In this document: piece after piece, positions 13,202 to 28,417 of the stretch
Layout: each line of letters starts with the position of its first letter
Position numbering within the stretch: the first letter of the stretch is position 1
Assembly: GCF_009914755.1 (NCBI RefSeq)
Contig: NC_060944.1
Reading direction: 5' to 3' (one strand)
Source: the human T2T-CHM13v2.0 reference genome, Homo sapiens
DNA: 64,000 bases
The notes under the pieces: model-generated
What the model was told of the DNA's origin: nothing
Databases searched by the model: none
Seen by the model: the letters and a program-made list of their open reading frames with translations, nothing else
Translations under genes and position numbers: made by a program

Positions 13202-16200
13202 AGTCCTTTTCCTGAGAGCGTCCTCCTTGCCAGAAGGAGTCGCCTAGCAGAAGAGAGGGTTGGCACCATCAGATGCTTTATTTGAGGTGCAGCTTAGACT
13301 TTTTTTGAGGGAGACCTAGTAAGTGGCTGGGTGTCAGGGAGCAGTTTGCACATAGCTGTTAGGAAACTTGGCCTGCTTCCCAAAAGATTATCTATTATCA
13401 GCATTGAAGAGGGTGTGAAATTGATTAGCACTGACGGAGAGTAATCGCTGCAGCCACTCTCCCAGCATTCACAGAGCTGCTGTGTGCCACGGGCACCAAG
13501 GCCGTGCTGTTCCCTGACAAACATCTGTCTCCTTGATGCCAAGGCCGTTTTGCTGGGCACTGGCAAACATTCCAAGGCCATTAGTGCTCAGCAGCCTCAG
13601 TGTTACGCAGAGAGCCAGGGCAGGTAGGGGTGAGGGATGCGTTTGTGAGCAGTGTTTGCTGCTAGCACTCAGGCGCCATCCTAGCAGATGAAGCCGCCTC
13701 ACAGGTGTAAAGTGACTTAGAACAATACGACCTCCTTTTCACCTCTGCCTCATGCCGTCTTCTCTCTGAGGTTGCAGACAGTTTGTCTCCTTGCCCCCAT
13801 TAAATTTGAATGTCCTACACCAATTGGGAGCTTAGCAAATATTTGTCGACTTGAATTGAATGCTTATTTTTCAGGCATTTTGAAGACTTTGACTATCAGA
13901 TCAGTAGTGAATAATCTCTCACATACCTCACCAAGTCTGCAACCAAAAAACCTAAGATAACAGGCTCAAGTATTGGTATTTTTATTGTCTCAGCCATCAC
14001 CTTCCCTGTGAACTTCAGACTTCTCTGGGCACAGTGCACGTGCCCATGGTTTGCAGTTGCCCAGGTCACTGGAGAGAATCTAGTCATTTGGCAAATGTTG
14101 ATGAGGTGCCCGCTCTGGGAATGTGCAAGGCCAGGCACCAGCTGGGGGTGAGAAGCAAAAGTGCCAAGAAAAGAATGGGCCTAGGGGTGGTGCCGCAGAC
14201 AAGGGCTGGAGGATCCGGGGAGTGGGGAGAGGTCATCTAAGGCTAGAGTCACCCTAAACTCTAGGGGGGCTAGTTTTGTGGCTGAGCATTCGTGCTGAAC
14301 CTAAAAAGGTAGGGATATCTAGGGCATTTCCAGCCTGGAGTGAAACAGCAAAGGAGCAGCAGTGGGAAGCCAAGTGAAGGGGGAGAGAAGAGGGTACCTT
14401 CCACGAGTGGAGGGTGTGAGAGGAAGAGCGTGGGCTTTATAGCCAGGCTTTATCCTGGTTCTCCGACTGTGGGCAAACAGTTGAACTGCCCTATCCTTAT
14501 TTTCTTTCTGGATGGTGTTTGTTTTGTGTTTAAGGTGTATGTCCCAGTTTGTGTACTTTGAGAAGTTATGTATGTAGGGATATGGTGTCGGTGAATGTAT
14601 TATGCATGAAAGCTGCTTGCACAGGGCCTGGCACACAGAAGGTGGTCAGAGAAGCTTTAGCTTTCTTTTCTCTACAAGGACTGTTTGTGTCCCCCTGCCC
14701 CGCCCCCGCACATGTGTACATACCCACTGTCCTGATTCCCTGCTGCTGCAAGGTTTTGCATGACTTGACTCTTCCCTGCTTCTCCAACCTCTTCTCCTGC
14801 CACTAGGCCCCTCCTGCCACACAGCCTTTGTTTCCTTCTTTACATTTGCCACTCCCTTCTGCCCTGAGCCTCCTCTCTGCTATCAGGTCTCAGTAAAATG
14901 TCGCCTCCTCAGAGAGGCTTTCAGTGATTACCATTTGTAAGAGAGCCCTATCTCCCTAGCTGCTTCAGAACCTGTAATTATTTCATTTATTTGTTTACTC
15001 TCTGTCTCTGGGACTGTAATCTCTCTTGTTCATCGTTTTCTCAGGACAGCGTGCCTCACATTCAGTAAATGAAAGACCACTGCTCATTAGGTGAAATTAA
15101 TATCTGTCTGTGAGTATTAAGGAAGATACGGCGAGTCACCCTGCGCTTTCCACATTATTCCTTAACACTAATTTTTAACCCTGATTTTTGTTTTCTCTGT
15201 GATTAGACCTGCCACCAAAAATATTTAAGTACAGTTCTGTGGATTCTGTGGCATAACTATAGCAATATTTCATAAGGAAAAATACTACTTCGAAGAATCA
15301 ACAGGACTGATAGATAATTCTATACACATTCAGTTCAAATCACGTATTACAATAATCTGTAACTAGCAAAGAGTTCCATGTCTTGGGCAGTGGCCTTCTG
15401 CTTTTATGTTGTATTCAAAGTCTGTGAGATTCCAGGGCCATAATGTCTCTGGACATACCCTAGGGGTTTCTGGTGAGCAAGATTTGACCTGAACTTTTCA
15501 AGGGCATGTAATTCTTGAGACCCATCTAGTGAGCAGCAGTTCTTGTGATCTGTAAATATCCAGGGTTCTTGTCTCAGCAGATTTCACCTGACTCTCCGAA
15601 CGACTTGAAGCCCAGAAAATACTAAGATGCCTGTTGTTGGGAAGGCATCCTGACTTCTTGTTGATTCTTTCCCGTTTCCATTGGCTAAGTGTATAGAGCA
15701 TGCCTGGCTTTTGACTGTCAGAAAGAAGACATGATTATATAGGTACTAGCAGGAATTTTTCTAAAAGAGGGAGGAGAGCCTTGGAGAGAGGTTTTCTCTT
15801 TTTTAGTTCCTGGGAAAATTATACTCAGCAGGTTTGTTCAATAAAGTGTTCTTACCACATAGTTTGCACCGTAATGACTTACAAATTGCATGCTAATTTT
15901 GTCACAGTTAAATCATTCCAGGCTTTACCTGAAAAGAAAAAGATGGACTCCTTGTAATGAAACAGTATCCACAGGACTTGATGTCTTAAACAGATTTTGT
16001 CCTTTGCATTCGAAGCTCATTTAAAGATTTATATGGAAGGGGGTGAAGTGCAGGAGTGAATGTGGGGGGTACGTGCACCTAAAACACTGGGTGAGATGGT
16101 AGACAGTGAAACTGTGCGGCTGCCATCGATTCTTCTGCTAACTTGCTGGAAGATTCTGGGGCAAGCTTTGAAAAAGAATCCTGCTGAGAGTTCCTCCCAG

Positions 16201-16219
16201 CTCCCTTCCCACTGCCAGC

Positions 16220-16528
16220 TTTTTTTTTTTTTTTTTTTTTGAGACAGGATCTCATTCTGTCACCCAGGCTAGAGTGCAGTGGCATGGCGTGATCACAGCT
16301 CACTGCAGCCTCAAACTCCTGGGCTCAAGTAATCCTCCTGCCCCAGCCTCCCGAGTAGCTGAGACCTCAGGTGTGTGCCACCACGCCCAGCTAATGTTTG
16401 CATTTTTTTGTAGAGACGAGGTCTTGCTATGTTGCCCAGGGTGTTCTCAAACTCCTGTGCTCAAGCAAACCTCATGCCTCAGCCTCCCAAAGTGCTGGAG
16501 TTACAGACCTGAGCCACTGCGCCTAGCC
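16220..16528 (-). mobile_element. Alu (AluJ-like)
   Basis: Poly-T then reverse-complement Alu consensus. Confidence 0.92.
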
Positions 16529-17819
16529 TAGGCTCTTCTTTAAACCTGTGGTTCCCAAACTTTCTCAGTCCATAGATTTGCCAAAACACAGCTTACAGCC
16601 AGTAAAACTTGTGACAGGGGGCCTGGGGGCAGAGGACGTCGTGCTTTTACCTCTCTAATACCCAATTTCAACCATTTGCTCATTCACCCTCTACTGCCTC
16701 CCTGCCTGCCCCCTTGCCAATCACAATCATCCTTTTTACTCTTGGAAGAGAAGTCAGAGGACCTGAATTCTGGTCCCACACCTCTGCCACTTACCTTGCA
16801 GTATGACCTTGGGCACTGTTTTGCCTTCCTGATCCTCTCTGTCCTCATTCAGTGGTGCTAATAGGCTCTCCCCCTACCAAGCTCATAGGCTGGTTGCAAG
16901 ATCTGATGAGATTGGGGCTAAGTGCCAGGGCCTCCCAAATCTCTGCAGACTCACGTAGCCAGCTGCCACCCGGACATCACCCATAGGCTCTTCTGACTTA
17001 GCGAGTCCAAAACCAGGCTTGCGGCCCTAGCCCTGTATAATCTCTTCCCCTACTGCCCATATTAGGGCAGTTTACCAGTTTGACTAGATCAAAAATAGGC
17101 ATCATCTGTTTACTCCTCTCCCTCCACCTCCCACATCTCATAATCTGGTCCGCTTTACCTCTCATATCTCTGCAGCCTATCCACTTTTCTCTCTCTTTAC
17201 TACCAACACTTACATTCAGGCTACCATCATTTGTTTTCTTCCATTAGTGCAGCACCCGCCTAACTAACTAGTCTGCCTATCTGTAGGTTTGGGCCCTCCA
17301 GTTCATTTTCTACACAGCAACCAGAGATTTTTCTAAAATGTAAATTCATGTATGCACTTCTCCACCCAAACACAGTAAACAGTGGCCTTGCATCGCCCTC
17401 GGGATGCAGTCTAACCTCCTGCGCCGGCCTCATGGTGCCTCGCCCAGTTTGGCCCCTGCTGGCTGCTCTAGATACATCCCTCACCCTCGTGATGTACAAA
17501 AGCCATTCTGTACCACTCACGCTTCCTGACCTTGTGCTTTCTCAAACCTTCTAGACATTGGCCCATTGCTCCGAACTCTGCCCAGAATACCTCTCTGTGC
17601 CATCTTTTCCACATCCCTTTCATGAAGCTGGCTAATGTATTACTCTGTATCCTTCAGAATTTTGGCAAACAAATTAGTCAATAAACATGTATTGAGTGTC
17701 TGTCATATACTAAGCATTCTGCTTAGCGTTTCCCTGACAGTTTCTGCAGAAAATCTTCCCTGAGACCACCTGGAGCCCCTCCTGTGTGCCCCAAGTGCAC
17801 CCTTGCACTGCAGCCTCAG

Positions 17820-18070
17820 GCTGAAGATCAGGGATGCTGGAGCCAGACTGTGTAGACATAAATCCTGGCTCTGACTCCTACCAGCTGGGTGATTACAATC
17901 AAGTTACTTAAACTCTCTGCTTCAGTTTCTTCATCAGTGAAAGGATGAGAATAACAGTACCTATCATGTAGGATTGTGGGGCGGATTAAGTAAATGCAGT
18001 ATATGTAAATCACTTGGAATATTTCCTGGCACAGGGAAGTATGCCCTAAGTGGTAGCTATTATTACAAGT
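17820..18070. mobile_element. MIR, near full length
   Basis: aatcctggctctgactcctaccagctgggtga...aagttacttaaactctctgcttcagtttcttcatc...ataacagtacctatcatgtaggattgtg core. Many other MIR fragments in the window are not listed one by one. Confidence 0.8.
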
Positions 18071-21000
18071 ATTTTGGGCCTGCATGCTTATCTGTCTCTC
18101 CCTCTAAACTAACTCTCAGTCTTCACAAATAGGGACTAATCTTACTTACTTTCTCCTTTTCTCCAGTAGGGTTGTCGTTTTCAGCCTTGTATTATTGCAT
18201 CGCTATCACAGAAGTACTGATTCTCTCAAGACCAGAGTATAAGTTGTCAAAATTCAAGTGAGCAGTCTGTTTTTTTTTTAGCGGGGGATGTAAATTTAGA
18301 AATTGACTGAATTTAAGTAAATTTAGAATTTGCATCACACTTGTGATGGCAGCATCATGGTAATATGGAAGGAACATAAGTATGGCGTCATGCAAGCCCA
18401 AGGTTAAATCCCAGCTCTGCCACACGTGATCTTTGTTCCCTTGGGAAATGCCTTGCCCTGTGTGTGTGTGTCCATTTTCATGATAGCTTTATTGTAGGGT
18501 CATTCTGAAGATTAATGAGATTGTTTGTAAAAGCCTGCAACATGCGTATGTGCTGAGACAGAACTAACATGTAGGCAGTCACTTGTTTGTGGGCAAAGCT
18601 GTGGCCTGAGAGCCTTGGATTCTTACCAAAACTGCCATCAGTTTCTTCAGCCTCAGTTTCCCCAGCTAAAAGACTTGCAGTTTCTAGGATTCTTCTCTAA
18701 TAGTCTGCCCTATTTTAGAAGCTTTTGGAGGAAGATTTGTTTTGCTGGTGTTGATGCTTCTCCCATCTCTAGTTACTTCCCTCTCCCGTGGTTCAAGTTT
18801 CTCCCCTTGCTTTGGAAGAAAGAAACTAGCATTTTCCAAATGGTGAGGCAATTCCCACCCATGACTGGAGACCCGAGTGGAGGCTTCAGGTTTCGGCTCT
18901 GAGTCATGTCCCGTGTTATTAAGGCAAGAGAGGTTCATGTTGGCTTCATGGCAGCCTCTTTTATGACTGTCTCCTTTTATCAGCAAGGGGCAGCTCACTG
19001 CCTGTCAGGGGCAGATTAGAAATGACATCCGCATGCTTATTTGGAGGGCTTGCGACTTGACTGCTGAAAGAGATGGAGGCATGTGCAAAGATGGTGATTT
19101 AGTAGTGCTCCCAAGGACAGATTAACATTTAAAATGAGTAAGTGGCTGGAAGAGGGGGAAACACACACACACAACCCTGCGGAAATGGCACCTTGGCGCT
19201 ACACATACCACCTCCTTGTGTGTCTTTGGAGATGAAGCTGTTTATTTTAGCAGCCCCTAAACAGGCTTATGCTGCTGCGAATTGCAGTCTGTTCTACCGA
19301 ATGCACCATTCGCTGAATTACCATCTAAGTTTTTATTCTAGCCCTCTCTTATGGAATGAACAAAACAAAACCTACCAGAGTATCTCTCTCTTTTTTTTTT
19401 TTCTTAGCTGTCTCAGATTGCATGTGGAATTTGCTGATGTAGCTATAGATTTTTGTTTCCCTTTTAAAAGTTTCTTGAATTTATAGGGAAACTATAGGCC
19501 AAGAAGCTAGGTGACCTTACATTTTAATGCTACTGGTTTGCGTTAGTCTCCAGATATGGCATAAAGAAAAATATCCCATCTATTTGTTTATATGCTAATA
19601 CTATGAAAAGTCCATAAAACATAGACTTTTTCCTTTTTTGAACTATGAAAGTGAACACAGCCTTGGAAACAAATTTGCATGGGTTTCTGTCCTGTTTCTG
19701 TTCTGTTTCCTGTTCCCCGTGAGCTTTTTGGCCTTAGGAGAGATTCATCTCTTTAAGCCTCAGTTTCCCATTTGAAAAGTAGAAATAGTAATAGTTTTTA
19801 CCTCTTGGAGTTCTTGCGAGGAAAAATGAGAAATCCGTGAAAGTGCTTAGCACGGTGACTGGCGCTTAGTAAGGACTCGAGAAATTTCACTATTGTTAGG
19901 ATTCGGTTTTTGCTGTCATCTCTTGCCAGTGTGAAAGAACTAATAGAGAAGGCCTGGGACTATGGAATCACATTCCACTCAAGTCTCCAACTGAAACCCA
20001 ATGGTAGTCATTTGGTATCTGTCTCAATTTTTCCATCTGTGAAATCTGAAAATGGTATTTGTTGTACATACCCAACACAGGGCATGTACAGCAGGTAAGA
20101 TTAATGCAGGTGCCCTGCTTTGCACAGTAAAAAATGCTGCATGAATGCTGAGTTGTCATTGCTTCACAAAGAAGGCAGTCACCTTCAGGCTCTTCAAAGG
20201 TGAGAGTTGAGTGAATTGATTTGTGGAAGACTCCCTTTAAATCTTAACTCTCCTGTCTTGTTCAGATACAGTCCAACGTACATATAGATTTTCACTCTGA
20301 AGTTTTGTAAAGTGAGAAATATTTACGACACTTAAGGAAGTTACTGGATTCTTGGAACGTCCCTTAAATCTCTGTTCATCATATTCCCATTTGAAGCGTA
20401 CGTGATTTGCATGCCCCTGTTGTCTTAAAATGGCCTAATGTCACAGCAGATCCAGGGGTTGTGTCTTTGTCACAGGGAAGATGAATTTATTGATGAAAGG
20501 ATGAGCTAATCATCAGTGTTGGCCATCATGTCCTGTTGCGGTGGTGAAGTGTGTCTCCAGCTTGAGGCATTTCTCATAGTGGCTCCTCTCTCTGGGAACG
20601 CCATCAGCCAACATCCTGAATCCATCCACATACCCATACGCAGGTAGAAATCCGTTACAGCTGGCTAGACATGCCACAGATTATCAAAGCCAAAAGGACC
20701 TTCAAGAGCACCGGATCAGGGAAACAGGGGTGAGGCACACTGCCACCCTCCCCTCCTGCAGTCAGGGTGGGCATTGCTAGTGATTTCAGGGCTGTTTCCC
20801 ACTGAGCTTCGCCTCGGCTTCACGACGGTTTTTTGTATCATACTCTGTACTCACTGCAGTGGGTTGAGTTGGCACTTGGGATGAACCCTGTTTGCCTTCC
20901 CTGATCTCGTGCAGGCTTCCTGTTTCCAAGCGAAGAAGCTGAGGCCAAGAAAAGTTAAATGACTCACCTAAGGACACTAGTAAATTAGTGTTTGAGCTGG

Positions 21001-22623
21001 GATCTGATCCCATCTTCTTAGTACTCTGTTCCACCTTGGCAGAGGAACTTATTTGTAGAATGTATATATCATAGTTTAGAGGAGTTCCAGTATCTAATTT
21101 GAATGCTTCCTGCACTCACACAAGGTCTCTTGAGGGGCAAAGGAGGCAAGGGGAAGCTGGGTGCCTTCTTTAGAATGGGATATTTGTAACCTGTTAGTTC
21201 AGTCCCCATGTGCTAAGGAGGTTGGGCTGCAGGTATGATCTCCACACGGGCCAGCTAACTTCCCTCTGTTCTTTGTCTAGCCATTTTTAAAACATGTCTC
21301 ATTGGTCAGTGGGGCATAATTCAGTTTTTCCCTACCACTAGAGAAACAAGTCCACTTATATATCTTTAGTGCATAATGGTCAGAGTATTATAGATCAGAC
21401 TCCTTCACTTCCTCCAGGACCTTTGATGAGGGAAGATATAAGGCAGGGAGAAGCTTGTGATGATAATTTTTTTCTAGAACTTTTACATTGCTTCTCCAGA
21501 GACTGAATCCTAGCCATCCGATCATGAGTGGAGTTGACAACAGCCATTTTGGAGTTTCAGGCACCCTTCGAAGTTCTTTCAGATGGCCAGCTCTACCTCA
21601 TCACACACAGATAGCCAAGGAATCATCTCGAGTCCTTATCTCAAGATCACCTTTCTATGTGGCATCTTGGGGACCCATAAAAGGAGTCAGAAGTGTATTA
21701 ATCCATTTAGAAGTTGACACTGTCTGTATGGAGTAAGATGGGCAGAGAATAAAGGTGATGCCGTCTTCTTTTTAAAACAGACCAAAACTTGAGAAGATAG
21801 AGGACTGCCCACACTTTCTCACTTTCTTGTTTTCCATAATCATTCTGCTTATTTTATTTCCTTTTAAACACTGAGTACACATTTATATTTGGCTTCCCTG
21901 AATCCATTCAGCAGTAAATATTCCATGCCACAGAGTTGTAACAGGCTAGATAAGGTGCTATTCTGACAACAGTCAACTTCACTGCATGCTGGTTTCTATG
22001 GCACTTCTAAAACTGTCAGGGCAGAAACTTCATCTTCAGAAGCCAATCTCTGTTTCATCTCTGTGCATGTTCAATGCAGCAATGATGATGCCTTTCTTGG
22101 AGATGAGCTATAGTCGTATCTCAGATCTACATTTGAAAATTTCACTTTCAAATCATGTGGCCATATGGCTAAAAGTAGAATGTCGCATTGAACATTGTCA
22201 GAGTCTTGAAGTTCTGAGGAAAGAGAAGAAAGTGGAGTTTGGCATTGCTCTCTTGAGTTTGTCCTTTCTAAATGACAATATAGAGAAACTAGAAGGTGCA
22301 GTGTGTACCTGCCTGGTTAAAAGAAGATCAGATGATGGAGAAAAGTATGAAAATGGAAAAAATCACCAGGGGTACTTCTGACCTAATTAGAGAAACTTAA
22401 TTTTGCTAAGCTCCATTCTTGAGCCTCCCTATCACTCTAATATTTAATGTCTTCCTTTGTTCTCCAGACAGCTCCGAAATCTATACCCACACAAACATGG
22501 TAGCATGAAAAGAGCATGGACTAGGGTTTGAGTCCCAGTTCTGCCACCCACTAGCCTTGAGGAGCTTGTTCTGCCTGAGCCAGCTTCCTCATCTAAAATG
22601 GGGGTAAGAATCCCTGCCTCTCA

Positions 22624-22624
22624 A

Positions 22625-22679
<55 letters not shown>

Positions 22680-22961
22680 TGAGACGGAGTTTTGCTCTGT
22701 GCCCCAGGCTGAGTGCAGTGGCGTGATCTTGGCTCCCTGCAACTTCTGCCTCCAAGGTTCAAGTGATTCTTCTGCCTCAGCCTCCCAAGTACCTGGGGTT
22801 ACAGGTGTGCACCACCACTCCTGGTTAATTTTTGAATTTTTAGTAGAAACAGGGTTTCGCCATGATGGCCAGGCTGCTGTCAAACTCCTGGCCTCAAGTG
22901 ATTCGCCCACCTCAGCCTCCCAAAGTGCTAGGATTACACGTGTGAGCCACAGCGCCTGGCC
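22624..22961 (-). mobile_element. Alu (AluS-like) whose tail is a (TTA)n microsatellite (22624-22680, ~18 units)
   Basis: Reverse Alu consensus; tctcaatatt at both ends (TSD). Confidence 0.93.
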
Positions 22962-24027
22962 CCGCTTCTCAATATTTCTGAGAAGTAAAGGAGTTAATAT
23001 ACAGAAGGCCCTTGGCACTATCCTGACACATAGTAAGTCCCCAGTAACACTAGCTGCTCCTCTCTGGTAGGTGGGTAATGATAGCAGTAGTTATTATCCA
23101 GACTGCCTCACGCAATGCCTAGTATGTAGTAATCAATCAAAAATAATATGATCTACCGAAAGCTGTGATCTAATAAGCCAAAAAAAAAAAAAAAAAGCCT
23201 CCCCTTACCCCTTTCTAATGTTTCCATTAGTGATACTGATGTCTCACTGTTGTTCTCTCTGAGTTGACTTTTCTGTGCCTTTGTGCATGCTCTTATCTCC
23301 TCTGCTTGGAATGTCCTTTTCAGCCTGTCAAACTCCTTCAAAATCCAGCTCAGATGTTACATTTTCTTTAAGCACTCCTGACCCCACCCCCCAAATAGAC
23401 TTAGTCCAGCCTTCTTCTGGGTTCCCACAGCACTCAGTACAGTTTGAAAGGTCCTTTATAATAGTCATTATTACATTTTTCAAAAATAATTTCATATTCA
23501 TTAACCTCATTAGATTATAAGCACCTCAATTATGTAGACTGTTTTATCACTGCTGTCCCAGCACAGCACCTGGCACAGTTAGCTGTTCAAGACATCTCTG
23601 TTGAGTGGGTAAATGAATGAGTTCCACTCCAGGTTCCTGTGTTTGTGACCTCCAGGGGCCTCTTCTCTTCCCTTCCCCTTCTCACGTAGGCTGATGCCCT
23701 GGTCTTCCAGCTATGCACTCTACCTGCCTCTCGATGCTCTAAGCCGATGTGTCCATCATTTGGCTGTTTGCATATTCTGATTCATGACATTTTCCTGCAC
23801 AGTGCTGGCTGACACTCTGTAGCCCATCATATCTGACTTCTCTGGCCAGCCTGTATGCCTACCATCAGCTCGCCCTCCAAGGCACAGTCCTTCCCCGTTT
23901 CCTGATGTTTTCACTTCTGCCCCAGCCATGCAAATCTCAGCACACACAGCTCATTAAATAGCTTTGAACCTCTCCCTTCTTTTTTTTTCAATACTGTTTG
24001 GCAAATGCTTTCCAAGAGCCTACTAAG

Positions 24028-24285
24028 GGCTGGGCACAGCGCCTCATGCCTGTAATCCCAGCACTTTGGGAGGCCGAGGCAGTTAGATCACCTGAGGTCA
24101 GAGGTTGGAGACCAGCCTGGCCAACATGGTGAAACCACATCTCTACTAAAAATACAAAAATTAGCTGGGTGTGGTGGCAGGCACCTGTAATCTCAGCTAC
24201 TTGGGAGGCTGAGGCAGGAGAGTCGCTTGAACCCGGCACTCCAGCCTGGGTGACAAGAGCAAAACTCCTTCTCAAAAAAAAAAAA
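24028..24285 (+). mobile_element. Alu (AluS-like) with right-arm internal deletion
   Basis: 14-bp TSD AAGAGCCTACTAAG at 24014-24027 and 24286-24299; sequence jumps gaacccg|gcactccagc. Confidence 0.93.
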
Positions 24286-25981
24286 AAGAGCCTACTAAGC
24301 AAAAAAATGCTGCACAAGGTGCTTCCTAGGGTACAAAGATGAGCACAGTACAGCTCTTCCTTTCAAGGAACGCACACAAGGAAGAGGCACAGATCTGAAT
24401 GGCTAGTTCAAGGCAGGCCGTGGGAGGTACCACAACAGAGGTACAAATCCAGGGTGTAGGGGGTTGAAGGACTGAAAAATCATATCTGCTCGGGGTTCTC
24501 AGGGAACATTTTGTGAGGCACATCACGTTGTAGACTTTCAATATATGATGATAGAGACTGAGGAGTGGGCGGTACCAACATGAGCAAGGCGAGGAGACCA
24601 GGAAGGGAACACAGGCCTGTCTGGGCTGGGCTGGGGTGAGGGGGAGTGAGCAGAGAGTATGGCCAACACAAGTCGTTTCTTGTAGGGCCCTCACACAACG
24701 CGAAGACCATACCTCTAAGGTGCTCCATTCTGCTGTCTCTGCCCATCACTCGCCCTGAAACCTTACCCAAAAGTCACTTCTTCCAGGACGCCCTTACATT
24801 TCACCCAACCCCAATCAGCACCTATCACTTACAATTTTTTTAACATGTGGGCACACTATACTTACTTTCTGGCCATTTCCTAGAAGTTTGTGACTTCCAC
24901 CGACCTCTTCAGTGGTTAAAACCAGGGCTTCCCTTACCTCCATTTTCCTTATTTTTCTGCCCTAATTCAGTGCTTAGGGTAGTGTTCTTGCCATTAGGCA
25001 CTTAGTAGGGCCAGAGTTCTCAACACTGTACCAAGTTACTCATTTCCATATCAAAGATGAATCAGACACGATTCCTATCCCTGGGGAATCCGTTTTCTAG
25101 CAACTGGTAATTATGAGCAACTTAACCTCTGTGTGCTTTGGTTTGTAATTCATACAGTGGGATGAATAATCTCTTCTCTGCCCTTTTAAAATTTCGTAGT
25201 AACTGCTGAACACTTCAGAGTTCTCGAGCAGGAAGTCATGATTATGAGCAAATGAGAAACTAAAGAGAACGTTCTATTTTTAAACTCGTTGGACATGAGT
25301 CCAGTGCTCCATGACTACCTCGTGAACATTAATGCTATTACCAGATTACCAATGAATTTGCTACTAAATGAAGCTAGGAATTAGTGTTAGTGATTTGCCA
25401 GGCAGTGCAGGGCCTAGCAGTCTGCAGGCCAAAGAGGGTTCAGGTTTTGTCAGGGGCGCATGCTGCATTTCACACATCCAACACCCCCCAGGCCAAAGCT
25501 CTGATAAGTCACAGGAGTCTCCTTTGTAACCCTAGACCTCTCAGACTTGCTGTCCTCATATCCAGTCCTCCCAAGTAGATTCACTCATTTCCACATCAAA
25601 GATAGAGGCCTCATAGGAGCCGAGATGAAAAGTAGCCTTGTGTTGCTACAGGCTGGCCCCCTGGGCAAATAAAGAAGTGCATTATCTGTGTCTAAATAGT
25701 CTCTGAAGGATTCTCGGTGGAGATTGATGACCATAGTGGTGAGTTCTTTGAATGTGGAAGAGTGGAAAGCAGGATCTCAAGGGCTTCCCATCAGTGACAG
25801 GAGCCCAAGTTGTCAGAAGGAACGGTGGCCATAAAGCTACCAACAGAATTATGAAATGGATTGTTGCCATCAGAAGCATGTATTGAGCACGTGCCTTCTT
25901 AGGCCCATGGGCTAGTCACGCAGAACAAGTCCCCACACCGAGTTCTCACTCCTGAGAGCTCATAGCCCAAACCAGATGTCT

Positions 25982-26290
<309 letters not shown>

Positions 26291-26669
26291 AGATGTCTTT
26301 TTTCCTCTCATTGTCTCATTGGCTGCATAGATGTGTACTGAGCTAGGGCCCTACCTTCACAGAGCTCACAGTCCACTCTCATGAAATAAAGGCTGCAGAC
26401 AGAGATAGCTGGTGGGGACTGAAGTCAGTATGAAGATGATGGGGAGGAGAGGAGGTCATGTTGCAGAGTGGTTTGTCAAGGTGCTCTCAGCAATTTTAGA
26501 AAGGAGCAGTTGTTAGCCTTAAAATCAGGAAAGCCTTTGTTATGGACATAGCTGAAAAATGATGTGAACTTGAACCATACCCCGGAATCCCAAGGGGGGA
26601 AGGCAGTAGGGCCCTGAGCTGTCTTGGCAGAAGTGTTCACAGTGCCCAGGATGAGGGGCGAGAGGATTG

Positions 26670-26790
26670 GGGTTGGGGGATGGTAAAGATGTTAAAAATT
26701 GATTGCACAACTCAACATATAAAAGCTGTTAGATTGTACACTTTCAGTGGATGAATTGTATAGTATGTGAATTATATCTCAGTAAAGCTG
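26670..26790 (+). mobile_element. L1M 3'-end fragment
   Basis: attgtacactttcagtggatgaattgtatagtatgtgaattatatctcagtaaagctg, a typical old L1 3' terminus. Confidence 0.7.
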
Positions 26791-27082
26791 GGTTTTTTGT
26801 TTTTGTTTTTGTTTTTTTAAAGGAATCTACTAGGGAGGACTGGATATGAGGACAGCAAGTCTGAGAGGTCTAGGGTTACAAAGGAGACTCCTGTGACTTA
26901 ATTAGGGCTTTGGCCTGGGGAGTGTTGGACGTGTGAAATGCAGCATGCCCTCTGACAAAACACCTAAGCCAGAGGGCATATGTACGCAAGTTGGGTGCCT
27001 GTGCCATTGGTTTCAGAGTTGTGGAGAAAGGGGACCTTTCTCCCCTGTGTTTAACCTGATTTGGAAGGCAGATTTAAGTATA

Positions 27083-27583
<501 letters not shown>

Positions 27584-27971
27584 TATCTTACAGAGAGATT
27601 ATTTATGGAGGCCCAAACCAAAGAGTGAAAAATGAGTGGAAGCAGATAAATAGCTTGGATTTGTGTCCCGTCAGCTTGTTTTTTTTTTTTTTAGCTTTTT
27701 TTATATGTGGATGAGATCATATTGGCCCTGATTCGTCAGATAGGAAAAAATAGGCTTTAAGCTTGCCTCCTGGGGCCTCTATAGTCCATTAAGAATGAAG
27801 AACATGAAAGATACTTTAAAGGGAGATGTAGACAAATCAAAAAGATGAGGTGATTTTCTTTTGCTGTTGTTATAGTTGCTATTGTTGTGTGTATTATGGC
27901 CAGACTAGGAGTCCATTCTTTCCTCCCATTCACTGTCCAGCTTTTATTCCTAAACGTTCATTTGTTTCTAG

Positions 27972-28109
27972 GACATGGTCCGGCGAGGAGAGATCATCGA
28001 CAATGACACCGAGGAGGAGTTCTACCTCCGGCGCCTGGATGCGGGGCTCTTTGTTCTCCAGCACATCTGCTACATCATGGCCGAGATCTGCAATGCCAAT
28101 GTCCCCCAG
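27972..28109 (+). CDS. CTNNBL1: CTNNBL1 coding exon (probably exon 14), DMVRRGEIIDNDTEEEFYLRRLDAGLFVLQHICYIMAEICNANVPQ
   Basis: tttgtttctag acceptor; CAG|GTAGGA donor; 138 nt, phase 0-0; contains the family motif YLRRLDAGLFxLQ. Confidence 0.98.
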
Positions 28110-28344
28110 GTAGGAGGGTCTTCCCCTGGATGGGCTTATCCATCCCTGCCTCCTTCCTCGCCAGCTGCTTAGGTGGACTCTCACTCAGGGAAAGAAGGGG
28201 GTCACGCTCTCCTTGAATTCCTTTACTCTACATCAGCCTTTTGTTTCAGGGATGGGGTGAAGTATATCATTTCAAGGTGATACATTCTGGTGTGTCAGGA
28301 CAAATGGTTGTCTTTCTTTCTCTACCCATTTTTTCCCTTATTAG

Positions 28345-28417
28345 ATTCGCCAGAGGGTTCACCAGATCCTAAACATGCGAGGAAGCTCCATCAAAATTGT
28401 CAGGCATATCATCAAGG
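28345..28417 (+). CDS. CTNNBL1: CTNNBL1 coding exon (probably exon 15), IRQRVHQILNMRGSSIKIVRHIIK(E)
   Basis: ttttttcccttattag acceptor; AAGG|GTGAGT donor; 73 nt, phase 0 to 1. Confidence 0.97.
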
